Assembly: GCF_024521635.1 (NCBI RefSeq)
Contig: NW_026250405.1
Span: forward strand, 1-64,000
Reading direction: 5' to 3'
Source of the DNA: Tricharina praecox
Lineage: Eukaryota
DNA: 64,000 nt
Shown: positions 45,629 to 56,650 of the stretch, in pieces
How positions within the stretch are numbered: position 1 is the first letter of the stretch
How the letters are laid out: every line of letters starts with the position of its first letter
Notes under the pieces: generated by a model
The model's database searches: none
Seen by the model: the letters and a program-made list of their open reading frames with translations, nothing else
Told to the model about the DNA's origin: nothing
Made by a program: the position numbers and the translations under genes

Positions 45629-48600
45629 CTAGCCTCTAACCCTCAATCCCTCCAACGCGCGGGCTACACTCTCGGCGGCGGCGGCGCCGTCGCTTCTCCC
45701 AGAAACACTGAAGCTGTCCATCCTCCTGGCGGACCCACCAGTGCCGACCCTTCTCAGCGGGACCTTGAGCGAGTCCCTCGGACTCCCGGGCAGCGCCGAC
45801 CCCCGCGACTCCCCAGACCCTGAGGACGCACTGCTAGCACTCCTTGAAAGATCCTCCACTCTGCGCTCGCGGGAGTGCGCGCGTCGGCCGCGACTCTCGT
45901 CGCGGAGATGGGTCCTCCGCTCCACTTGCACGGGTGTGGGAGCCCGGCTCCCCGACCGCTCCTCCCGATCGCTTTCTCTTTCTCTTTCCCTTTCCCTTGC
46001 ACTGGGACGGCCCATGGCGTGCTCGAGGCTCGTGAGATCCACGCGGCTGAGCCGCCGGATCGCCTTGAGGTTCCCGGAGAGGAACGTGCTCACCCGGTTT
46101 ACCGCTTTGCGGTCGAGGTGTTTTTCGTAGCTGCTGGCACCGCGGCCGGTGTCGAAGGCTCGGAGGGTGTGCGAGTCTGCTAGTCTCCTGGGCGCGGATG
46201 GAGAGTGGAGTCGCGGGGAGCGAGATGGAACGTGTGGGCTTTGTTGTTGTTGGACCATGGCGTTGGCTTGGGAGATGACTCGGTCGAATGAAATGCTCTC
46301 TCGCTGTCTCCCGCGTGGGACCTTCTGGATGGAGAGTGGCTTGGTTGGGAACGCATCAAAGTGCTCTGAGTCAAGGGTCAGGTCCTGCGTGTACAAGAAG
46401 AAGCTTCCGTCCTGTATCCTCCGGCGAACCAGACGCCACCGGGCGCGCGCCGGGTTGTGTTCGAGTTCGGGATGGTAGAGCGACTGCGCCGAGAGCTCGA
46501 CGAAGTATGTGTCCAGACGCTCCGCGATGCGTTCGAGGAGGGAGACTAGGAAGGCGGCGAGTTTGAACAGACGCTGTTTCTCGGATGCCGCTCCCCCCTT
46601 CAGAGACATGACCAGATCGAAGCCGTCCATGCCAGTGCAGATTTCCTCACGTACTTGCTCGAGGAAGCGGACGTCGAGTTCGGTGACGGCCTGGGCGTAC
46701 TGTATTATGCCCCGCTCGAAGGACTGCGCCGTGGAGCTGTCGCATACATATTCGCCCACTTGGGCGATCTCTCGTTGGGCAGTGGTGGATGCTGCCGAAG
46801 ACTGGGCACGAGCGACAATGCCCATTACGTCTGGCAGGCGAGAATCGGAGTTGTGCGCGGAGACGAGCGTGAAGGAAAGTTTGACGTAGAGCTCTTGCAG
46901 TCTGGTATTGATCAGTATGGAGAGTTTTGGATCAGCATGGGCGGGACTTACTTCGATCCGAACAGAGTCGTGAAACCGTCTTGCATCAGTCGGGACTGGA
47001 ACTGGTAGAACTTCCGAACACCGCCCATATTCAGCATTCCACCCGAGAACCAGATGTTTGCATCCGCCATAATGGCTTTGACCTCGAAGGAAAGCGTCGT
47101 CAAGCTCTCTACACACGTTCGGAGATAGCCCAGCCAGCCATCATACAGCACACCCAATTCTGGCGAGTGGAAATTTGGTTTCGCAGCGAGGTGACCAACA
47201 AAATATTTCGAAAGCAGACTTGTGACCTCTGGATTGGTGGTGTGGGCTAGATCATCGAAAGTTTTGGATGCATCGAGCCCTGCGCTGCCGGCGACGATCA
47301 TCGAGCCTCCGGGATGGATTGGAAGGAATTCGGTCACGTCGTAGACAGCGCCGTGTACTCCGGTCCACATCCTTGATCCCTCTCTGTGGCCCGTGAAACG
47401 AGAGAGCGTGGAAATCGGGATGATGGGCTCTTTAAACGACATTGCCCTTGGGGCCATGAAGATATCCAGCATGAACCTGCGCTCGGCGAAAGCAGTAGCC
47501 AAGAGTGCCTCGGCCGACTTCTGCGTAACCCCCCTCGTTTGATACATCGCTTTCGTTATCCCACTCATGACCGTTTCGTAGACGGAGACCGAGCCACAGA
47601 TGAAGAGGTAGCCACCTAGCCCGCCCTGCTTCGTCGACATGACAAGATCACAGATGAGATTTCTCTTCTCGATGATGGCGGCGTCCAGGTATCGTGGCTC
47701 CGTCTCTCTCTCAACTAGGTCCTGTGTGCTTTGGTCGTAAACGAGACCTTTCGTGTCCCGAGAGAACGATGTGTGTAGCTCGAGGCCGTCGTATCGCACG
47801 TGTTCACGGAGTTCCTCCTCGTACACGAACTTCTTGCGAGATTGAACAGCGAGAAAGAGGATGTTCCTCCCCACGGCGCCGCTGGCGAATCTTGCCTGCC
47901 AGAATCCCCGGAAAGGAGCGATACCTGAGCCGCCGGCAAACATGGCGACGGGAGCGGCGGGAGAGATAGGAAGCTGGAAGTTGAGGGGACGAGATATTCC
48001 AATCAAGACCTGAAAAGAGTCAGAATGCATCAAACATCGAGAGTGGAAGCGTGCGCTACCGTTTCTGCCTCAATGCCCTTGACGGCCTTGAACCCCCCCT
48101 TGACCTCGTCCTCCTCTTCATCTGGATGTGGATTCAAGAAGCCACTGCTGACACCGGACCGGACTATATCTTTACTTCCATCGAAAGCAAGTAGGGAGCA
48201 CAGCTTGTGCTCCACCCGGGATACTGTTAGGTTGATAAAGCTTGGTAGGAGCTCGGATGAATGGCTAGAGATGCTGTATGTTCTCGGGACTTCTACGTGA
48301 ACCAGTTTGGGGAGCCATGCCAGGTCACTGGGGAAGGCCTGATCCCAAAGGGTGGAAGATACGTCTGATCGTGCAACGAGAAGCAAATCTCCGAGCGAGC
48401 CACTCACAGGCCATGCCTCGGCAGATAGAACTTCTAATAGCGCGTAGGAGGAAGCGCGGAGCATCACATGTATCTGTGCTCCTCTGTTAGCATCTCTATT
48501 TTCTGGTAGGAAAAGTATGACACTCACAGCTAGTACAAGCTCCTTTGTCAATGGAGACAGATGTCCGCGACGCAAGATGTCTCTCAAACTGAACTCCCCG

Positions 48601-50767
48601 GTCTTTGGATCCCGCGTGACATCCGACACATGCGTCGAGAACCGCTTCCAGTCATCCGCCATCTCCAGCGAAATAATCTCATCAAGACGGTCGGTCGCAC
48701 CCAAAACTTGCGCCAACTTTGCAACTTCTCTCCACGGGTTTAGCGGCATGATGGCTAGTCTGTCGCCAGGGCAAAATGTCATGCCGGTATTTCTCAAATC
48801 GATCGTCACTTGTCCAGTCGAACGGTCCGGATCTCTGTCGATGGAGTCGCGGCGGGCAATAGTCGCTCTAAACCGGCACTCTTCAAAGCAGCCCCTCATC
48901 TCATGGGGCTTCAACGATATCGAACTGCGGAATGGGTCCAGCCGCTCGATCATCGATTCCGAAAGAGTTCGGTGGACTTCTTCCCAAGGACGGCCTTCGG
49001 TATCTTGGCCACCGGCATTACCGTTAGTTTCAGTCCTGCCGGTCTTTGCTACCACTTCAAGGAACCCATAAACTTTATCTGAATCAGGTATCAGTTGCTT
49101 TCACTCGCCTGGAACCCCCCATGAGCACATACATCTATGGGTTCCCATGAAACCGCGTTCGCCAGCGTAGGACTCCACGATCCCGTCCATCACACCGATC
49201 AGACGCTTGTCACCTGTAGATGCCACATACTTCGGGACCTGGTAATACTGCTCGAAGGAAGCAATAAAGGCGCGGTGGTTGAGAGGCAACCACGCCCTCA
49301 GATGCAGTGCTTCCAGGCCAAGGAAGGTGTCGTACTTTGTTCGGCCGAGAAACGCATCCATAAGCTGAAAGAGAGGAAGAGCGAGCCCCGAGAGCGCTGG
49401 CACTCTCTTGGATAATGGCGCGCTGAACTTTGCGTATCTACAGCCGTTCGTGAGAATCTCATCAAAACCATGTATGGACTAGGAGTAGGGTTGGAGTCGG
49501 ACCTTTGGCCCCACTCTACGGGATTTGCATATAGCTCTCCACTCCCGGGATTAACACTAATTTTATGGAAGACGTATCCGAGTTGGTCGATGATGCCCTT
49601 CAGTTTCACCAACTCAACCAATAGGCCTTCGTTGTCTCTGTCACCATCATCGTTAGAATACCATCTCAGTTGAAGATTGTGAAGCACAAACCTCTCCATC
49701 ACCATCTCTTGACACCTCGTAACAATCTCCACACCATCGGTGAAGCACCCATGCACTTCCGCCATACACAAGAGGAACATCGCCTCGGCCCGATCCTGGA
49801 AGACTGGCCATCTCAGGTCCATATTTTCCGCTCGGGCGACGTAAGGATATACGCTGGTGTGATCTTTGATTTTGTAGTTGTAAATGGAAACGTCGTATTG
49901 CGTCAGATGCGGTAGAGGCCGTCCCATCCTTGTGCACAGTGTCCGAAAGGGGATCGCTATATTCCTGGGAATTCCTTTCAACTCCTCCTCGCACTCGTCC
50001 TCCTGCATTATGGCACTTTGAGATGCTATTGCGGCACTGCCGATGGTTGCTATTCCCTCATGACCGTCGTTCCTCTCCTCGTATCGATATACCGATGCTA
50101 GAATACCCAAGCAGATCGTCGCGGCCCATAAGGCCTGGTTCGGGATAACGTCTTCCGTTCCCATCACCGTGGGAAGGTCCAGGATAGCCTCTCGAATCTT
50201 TCCTCTTCCAACGAGCCCGGGCATGCGTCCACACAGATCCGACCACATACGCCCCGGGCAAGCAGCAAGAGCGATCGGAGAAGCGCTGGGATCCGGTGGG
50301 CAAAAGCCCCACTTGCTCGTCAGATAGCCGTCACGGTATCCCGTCTTTGGACCGAGAGCGTCCGCCCTCATCAGCACACGCCGAGCAGGTGCCCCCAGGG
50401 CAGCGGCCAGGATGTCGTGGTCTGAGGGGCACAGGCCGTCGGCGTTTCGGAGGCCTTTTACGGCTTCCTTTGTGGGTGCGGTGGGGATCAACATCTCCAC
50501 CATTGTCTTCTGTTCCTGAGCGTGTAGCTGCGCGGCTGCATCGGGTCCTTGGGGTGACTGAAAGAGATTGTTAGTGTGTCTTCATGATAGGGAGCTGAGG
50601 TGACTAACATTATACAGCATGCCCTGTGCCTCCATCTGGAATCCAGAGAACGCACATCCTCTCGGCCCCGTTCTTGTGCGAGCGGAATTTCCAGCGTGTG
50701 AGACGGAACAGGAACCTAAGCCCGTGCGTCCACTCTGCGGACAAGTGAGGGGAGTATCGACTGGCAT
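45629..50767 (-). CDS. Multidomain flavohemoprotein: IDO/PrnB-like heme domain + FAD/NAD(P)H reductase (CPR/NOS-type, no FMN domain) + cytochrome b5 + unknown helical domain; ~1586 aa, 8 exons
   Basis: Introns 50558-50608, 49638-49691, 49438-49502, 49079-49132, 48474-48527, 48010-48059 and 46902-46951 are all GT-AG and give one open frame of 4761 nt. Motifs: LSGLALPLFQLMDAFLG, LRAWLPLNHRAFI and GTHRYKVYGFL (IDO-like); PGDRLAIMPLN, PRTYSISS, GVSSGFL, AGGSGIAPFRGF, FSRD, ICGS and RFMLDIF (reductase); VYDVTEFLPIHPGG...FDDLAH (b5). Confidence 0.9.
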
Positions 50768-51261
50768 AGCGCGGCCGTTATGAGATGGTGATGGTGATTT
50801 AGAAAATAAAGAATACGCGACAGCGGGCTCAAAGAAGATTACTATAGAGCGGAAACGAAGAAAGGTCACCGACCCGTCCGAAGATTATGATGTACGGTAG
50901 GAAAACGGCTTGCTGGTGATCACCGGGAAACACGCAATGCAGAAGCGGACACGAAAAGGTAAGTGATGGAGGTGGGATATAAAGGTCCCCGTGCTCTGCG
51001 GATCAATCTGGGCTGTTCTTCGGAAACCAAGATTCCACATAGACTGCATTGTTGGTTGCCTGATGCACATGGGGTGCTGAAGAAGACTCTTCCCGCGCGA
51101 GTGTTTCAATCCCTGACGGGCAGCAAAACCTATGTATTCCACGGACTCAGCTCACGATGCTGACTGGGATTGCAAAGGCGAACCGGATCCCTCCATTCGT
51201 CTCCGATCGATGAGACACCGAGAGCTGACTTGGCAGGGGCCAATCTCGCGTTTCGGAAGAG

Positions 51262-51337
51262 TCTGGAACTGCTTCGAGCGCATTGGATTCCCAACTTCTG
51301 GAACTGCTTCGAGCGCATTGGATTCCCAACTTCTGGA
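51262..51337. repeat. 35-bp tandem duplication (tctggaactgcttcgagcgcattggattcccaact x2) upstream of the fusion gene
   Basis: Direct. Confidence 0.9.
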
Positions 51338-52169
51338 TGCAGAGACGCACGAAACCCGGTGTTCTGCGTAGTTGGAAGAGTAGTTGGAAGAGTCGTTGGA
51401 AGAGAAATCTATGTGGGCTTGTCTCTGGCGACTGAACCCAGTGGGAATTCTCAGCCTGGAAAGCAACAAGGTCAGTACTCACGGTGATTTGTTCTGCATA
51501 CATACGGCCAGCTCTACTAATGCGCTCACCAGTAAATCTGCCCCAATCTCCACAGCCAAAAGATGTCCCGGTTGACCTACTACGCCTCCAGATTCCACGC
51601 TCAGACTGGAACACGGTGGTCGCCAGCTGGCCGCCGTATGGGTTTGCTTCGGAAGCCGAACGAACGTCGCTACATACCGTAACGTTTCGCATGATGCGAC
51701 GCGAACAATGCATTATCTGACGTGCAAAGGTGTAACAAACTGCACGGCGTCGCGTCGGTTGGAACTTACCGCGCTTAATCTACGGCATATGGGCATATGA
51801 ACCGTCATGGAAGCGGAGTTCGCTACTTCATCGGGAAGGAAGGAGGTCGCGAAACCCTGCCCTAAGCCCAAACTCCGGCCGTCGGCGGTGATGCTTTGAC
51901 AGAGTTCTGCCTATCCGGAGCAGAGCGTGAGTTCAGCCGGTACAACAAGCGCCAAACTGCGCCGAAAAGACGAAACCACCTGCCAGCACTTACCTGATGT
52001 ACCAGTATGTATCGTATGCGACGGACGGCCTTTTCGTTTCAAACACTGGAAAGAGTACGCAATCGCAACTCAGGCCTCGACCATAACCTCGGCTTCGTTC
52101 ACGATCATGGGCTTGAGAGCACATGGCCAATCATGAAAACCCATCCTGCTGGAGCGCGTTGGCCGTGCT

Positions 52170-54045
52170 CTGATCGACACCACGATATTTTGTCTCATCT
52201 GCAGCCGGAGGAAAAGCAAGTCACTGGCAATAAACAGTCACCTACAGAGCAGCGACAGCATAAAGTAGGCATACGCAGGCAGCATTCACGTGGCCGACAC
52301 TACCATTTGGATGATGGTATGATTATTCACAACAATACCGACTGTTTGGTCATACCGCAAGTCAAGGACCTCAAGTACCGTATCCTGCGAGAGGCACATG
52401 CTGCCGCGGTTGGAGGCCACTTCGGAGTCACAAGGACCTACAAAGCTGTTGCAAGAAGGTTTTTCTGGCCACGAATGTATCAGGAAGTCAAACGCTACGT
52501 ACAGGGCTGTGCGACCTGTGCATGCACAAAGTCAACAAATCAAAAGCCATATGGACTCTTGCAGCCCTTGGACGTTCCGGACGAGCGGTGGCGGAGAATC
52601 AATATTGACTTCATTACCAAGCTACCGACGACAAAGGATGGGAGCGATACAATTATCACTATTGTCGACGCTTTGACCAAGCGGGCACATTGGATCGCAG
52701 CCAAAGAAAAAGAATTAACTGCAGTCAAGTTTGCTGAGATATTCCGCGACTGCTATGTACGGTATCATGGGCTCCCGGATGCCATTGTGTCTGATCGTGA
52801 TGTGCGATTCACATTCACATTCTGGCAGACTCTTATGAGTGAATTCGACACCAAGCTCCGTATGTCAACAGCATTTCACCCGCAGACTGATGGACAAGAA
52901 GAAAAGGCAAATTCGATTGTTGAGAGATATCTGAGTGCTTATGCGGGAGAACGCCAGAATGAATGGAATCAACTGCTGGCACTCGCAGAATTCGCATACA
53001 ACGCAACCCGACAGAAGTCAATCGAAATGTCTCCATTTGAAGCTGATCTCTCCTATGTCCTTCGCATGCCACTCGATGCCCTTGCGAGCGTGGGAAAAGA
53101 ACGCAGCCGGAGAGAAGATCTGAGAAGCAGGTCAAAGGTGGAATTTCCTGCGGATGGTCGAACATTTGCAGCGGAAATGGTGACCACGCTTACACTACTG
53201 CGACAGAATCTTCAGCACGCGCAGGAACAGCAAGTAGCGGAGGCCAACAAGCATCGGCAACCACATACTTTTCAGCAAGGGGACAAGGTTCTGCTTTCAA
53301 CAAAGAACCTACCAATAACATACGCTACCGACACTGATAACCACCGCAAGGCCCTACACCAGAAGTACATCGGAGAGTTTGAACTGGGCCGGCAGCAGGG
53401 GGAGAACGCCTTCGAAGTACTGCTGCCAGCACACTGGAAGTTGGCACGTACACAGAATGCTGCCCTGCTTAAACCTTCCATGATTGATCACTCTTGGCCA
53501 CAGGCACCGGCACCTGCATTACGTGTCACACGACGTGGGGTGGATACCCAAGCGGATTATGGAGTGGAAGCTATTCGCTCATGGCGCCGGAACCCTGACC
53601 AGGGAGGTCGAATTGAGTACGAGGTCAAATTTGAGGATGATGATGAGTTGTCATGGGAGCCAGGGGAGATGTTCGATGGCGGAGGAAAGGAGATACTGGA
53701 AGAGTTTCAAGCGGCTGATGAGAAGTTGAAGCGTCAGTTGGCAGTGGAGACGGCGAAGCAGAAGCCGGGGAGGCCTCAGAAGCGACGGAAGAGGCAAGCG
53801 TGGGTGATGGAGGTAGAAGACGGGGCGGATATCACGGTTTTCGAACCGGAGGATTGGGAAGACTGAGATACGGTGTTTCTTTTTTGTCAACCGGGAGGTG
53901 ATGTAGGGTTGTAGATAGGGTAGGGTTGTGGATAGGCCCGAGTGACGACGGATGTACGGAAGTAGATAGACTTCGGGTCCTCGACCCTCTCTTCCCAATC
54001 AACCAACCTTTCCCCACCTACAGTTGGTGTTCGCCGTAGTCTACA
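52170..54045 (+). mobile_element. 5'-truncated Ty3/gypsy chromovirus LTR retrotransposon (integrase + chromodomain + PPT + 3' LTR)
   Basis: The open frame to 53866 has HHCC (EAH..GHFG..CATC), D-D-E (NIDF, VSDRD, GQEE), GPY/F-like KYIGEF and a chromodomain (YGVEAIR..EYEVKF..SWEP). No gag, protease or RT is seen upstream. The 5' junction is approximate. Confidence 0.93.
53902..54022 (+). repeat. Putative 3' LTR (TGTAGG...CCTACA; alternative end at 54045)
   Basis: Follows the purine-rich gggaggtga and has inverted TG..CA termini. No second copy is present in the window to confirm it. Confidence 0.6.
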
Positions 54046-54738
54046 AAGGCTCATAGATGCGAAATAAAATTGATGACCCCCCCATGGGTATGTCTCCTTC
54101 ATTTACTAGAGAATGTTGGGAATAACGAATCCATGGTGGCACCTGCTATCACCCAAGCTGCTACATACTTACATTCCAGGACGTCATACCTATTACCCTC
54201 ATGCACCACGGGACCGTTTCCAGACCACTTCCTCTTTGGCTATTTTAGCACCACCGGCCCGCAAATCGATCTCGACACCTACTTCCCTAGATGATGAGGC
54301 TTCGATCTCCAGATCTCTACTGGATTTGGCCGATGTAAGTGCGCAAGGAATACCTCAGATTTATTTTTAGGTAACGCCTTGTTGCCGTATGTACCTCGTG
54401 GACCGTGGACCGTGGACTGTGTGTATTCTGGACGTGCTCCACATTCCACCGGCGTCGTAGGTCTACGAACGATCGGTCATCATCAGATCTAGAGTGTACT
54501 TTATGGATTGTAATAGGGGATGGACTTACGGGATATGTTGAGGGATACCGTATTACTTTAAGGAATATCACACATGCTGGATTTCTTCAGCCCATGTTGT
54601 TGGGGCCACATGATTTATAGAAAGTAGAGTACCAACCGGTATGATGGGCAACCCCAAATTCAATAGGTGGACTTTCTCCGGCCGTATTGGCACTAGCTTG
54701 TGAGGCGGTGGCGTCCTCCGTTGGGAGCGAGAGACCGC

Positions 54739-54995
54739 TTTTGCAAGGGCTCTTTGCCAATGCCTCTCGGGGCCGATAGGCGCTCGGGTGATGATGGGAG
54801 CACACAGAGGAGAGTGCGGAGATGAGGAGTTGGCCGCCTATTCGATAGATGATCAAGAAAGAAGAAGAAGAAGAAGAAGAAAAGAAGAAGCCCCGCCATG
54901 CGTACCAACGTTGATGCGCACCACTAACCACATTCGTTTTCTCTCGCCGACAGGAGTCCTCCTTCACTTCGTCCTCTCGCCGACAGCTCCTCCAT
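54739..54995 (+). repeat. Diverged repeat, copy A (inverted relative to 59315-59617)
   Basis: Anchors agggctctttgccaatgcctct, taaccacattcg, cgccgacaggagtcctcc and cagctcctccat match the reverse complement of copy B in colinear order. Confidence 0.85.
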
Positions 54996-56650
54996 CGTTT
55001 GCTAAACCGCCACGGTGTTGGGCCTCGGCCGTGTGCACGCCCAATCGCGATAGGAACAAAATCCATGGGAACTTAAGTAGAGATCATGATTCAGCGCTGT
55101 CTTCGTTCGTTTCGATCTAATATTGCCATGATCTTGATAGGTCGTATGCAATCAATGATTAAACAAAAAAAACAAAGTCCTTCTCGACCTCCGTTTCTCC
55201 CCCCTATCCGTTGTTTTCTCCGTTTTTTTGCTTGTTTGTCCCATCCCTCAATGCTGGACCAAAAGGTGTTGCCGCGCCGTACCACTATCTTGGCCATCCG
55301 GCCGCATCGATGTCTCGGAGATGGCTGTGCGGCCGAGCCCCAACCTGTTTGCCGCGCCTCCAGGGCTGTCCACCAGTCACATGTGCGATATGGGGGCTTC
55401 AAGTCCGGGGTAGCACACGAAAATTCGTCAGGATCCAATCCGGAGATTCGGTTGATCTGGGTAACCATCTCCGTGGGGTGAGTCTCGAGAATCGAATGTT
55501 CAGCTCGGACACAGCACGGAATCACTGACTTCTGCAGCTCTGTCGTCCGATGCCAGAATTGACGGTGTAGATAGTTATCTGTCACGCCGGCTTCGATCTC
55601 GAAAGCAATTGCTTACCCGCGCTCACTGCGCCGCGCCGCGCCGCGCCGCTCCGTCGGGAGGTTTCATCCGATCTGGATCTGCAGAGAATCGACGCTGACA
55701 GCTCGCTAAGCTGCGGAAGGGCAGCTTGCTGTGCCTCAACCAGGGTCAGCCCCTAACTATTCACTAGTAGGCCTTGCGGACTCGGTGCAGACTCTCACGT
55801 GCGTGTCGGTCCGGCTACACCTCGGTTCGAAAACGCGCCTTTGCCGAGCAGAATTCTTTCGGAGGCAAGGTATTGATGTGCACAGTTTGATTTGCTTTTT
55901 GTCGCTGCCCAACGCGAGTCTTGGCCACTTGTGGATCTCGCCCAAGGTCTTGGGAGCTGCATCGTGAATCGATGTTTAATATGGCGACATTTTGAATAAC
56001 TATCAGCGCACGTTCCCCGTAAAAAAAAGCCTTGGGAGAGCCAGGAGACAGCCTGCCAAGTACTCTACCCGACGAGTCATATTGTGAAGACAGAGTGCTA
56101 TGCCGAAGTGGGGGCGGAACATTGGTCGACGAGATGGAGGGCGGTCCAAACGACGAGGGGGAGGGGGGGAGGGCGGGAGCAGTGTCCTTGCAGATGACTG
56201 GGCATCCCGAGAAACCTTCTTTCAGTGCTCGGTATCAGTAACTTCCGGGTATCGTAGGCTACCGGAGCATGTAACTTTTGGCTCATGGAATGAATTTAGC
56301 CATTCGACGGGCGTGTATTACGTTTTCGGACCATACCGAAATACGTCATGGGTTGGGACAGGCACACGACCCTGATCAGTAATGATGTCCGAAACTCCGA
56401 ACTCCCAGAGAAAATCAGATGTCGACTACTACTACAGTCCCTACATAAACCTCGCCCCCCCTCAAGCATCGACATTATTCGGCCCGTCTTTGTCGATTTC
56501 CTTCCATACGCCCCCCGACACCTACTCCGCTCACTGTACTGTTGCATCCGTTGCTCCATTCCCGCGTGCAGACACAGAGACTCTCCCACCGTGCCTCGAC
56601 CGTTTTTCCGCCCTCCGCAAGCGATTCGTGGTTCTAGAACGACAGCTTCG

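Noticed and set aside
45629..50767. Nitric oxide synthase or cytochrome P450 reductase call
   Set aside because: No NOS oxygenase Cys-heme motif, no FMN domain and no N-terminal membrane anchor; the N-terminus is IDO-like.
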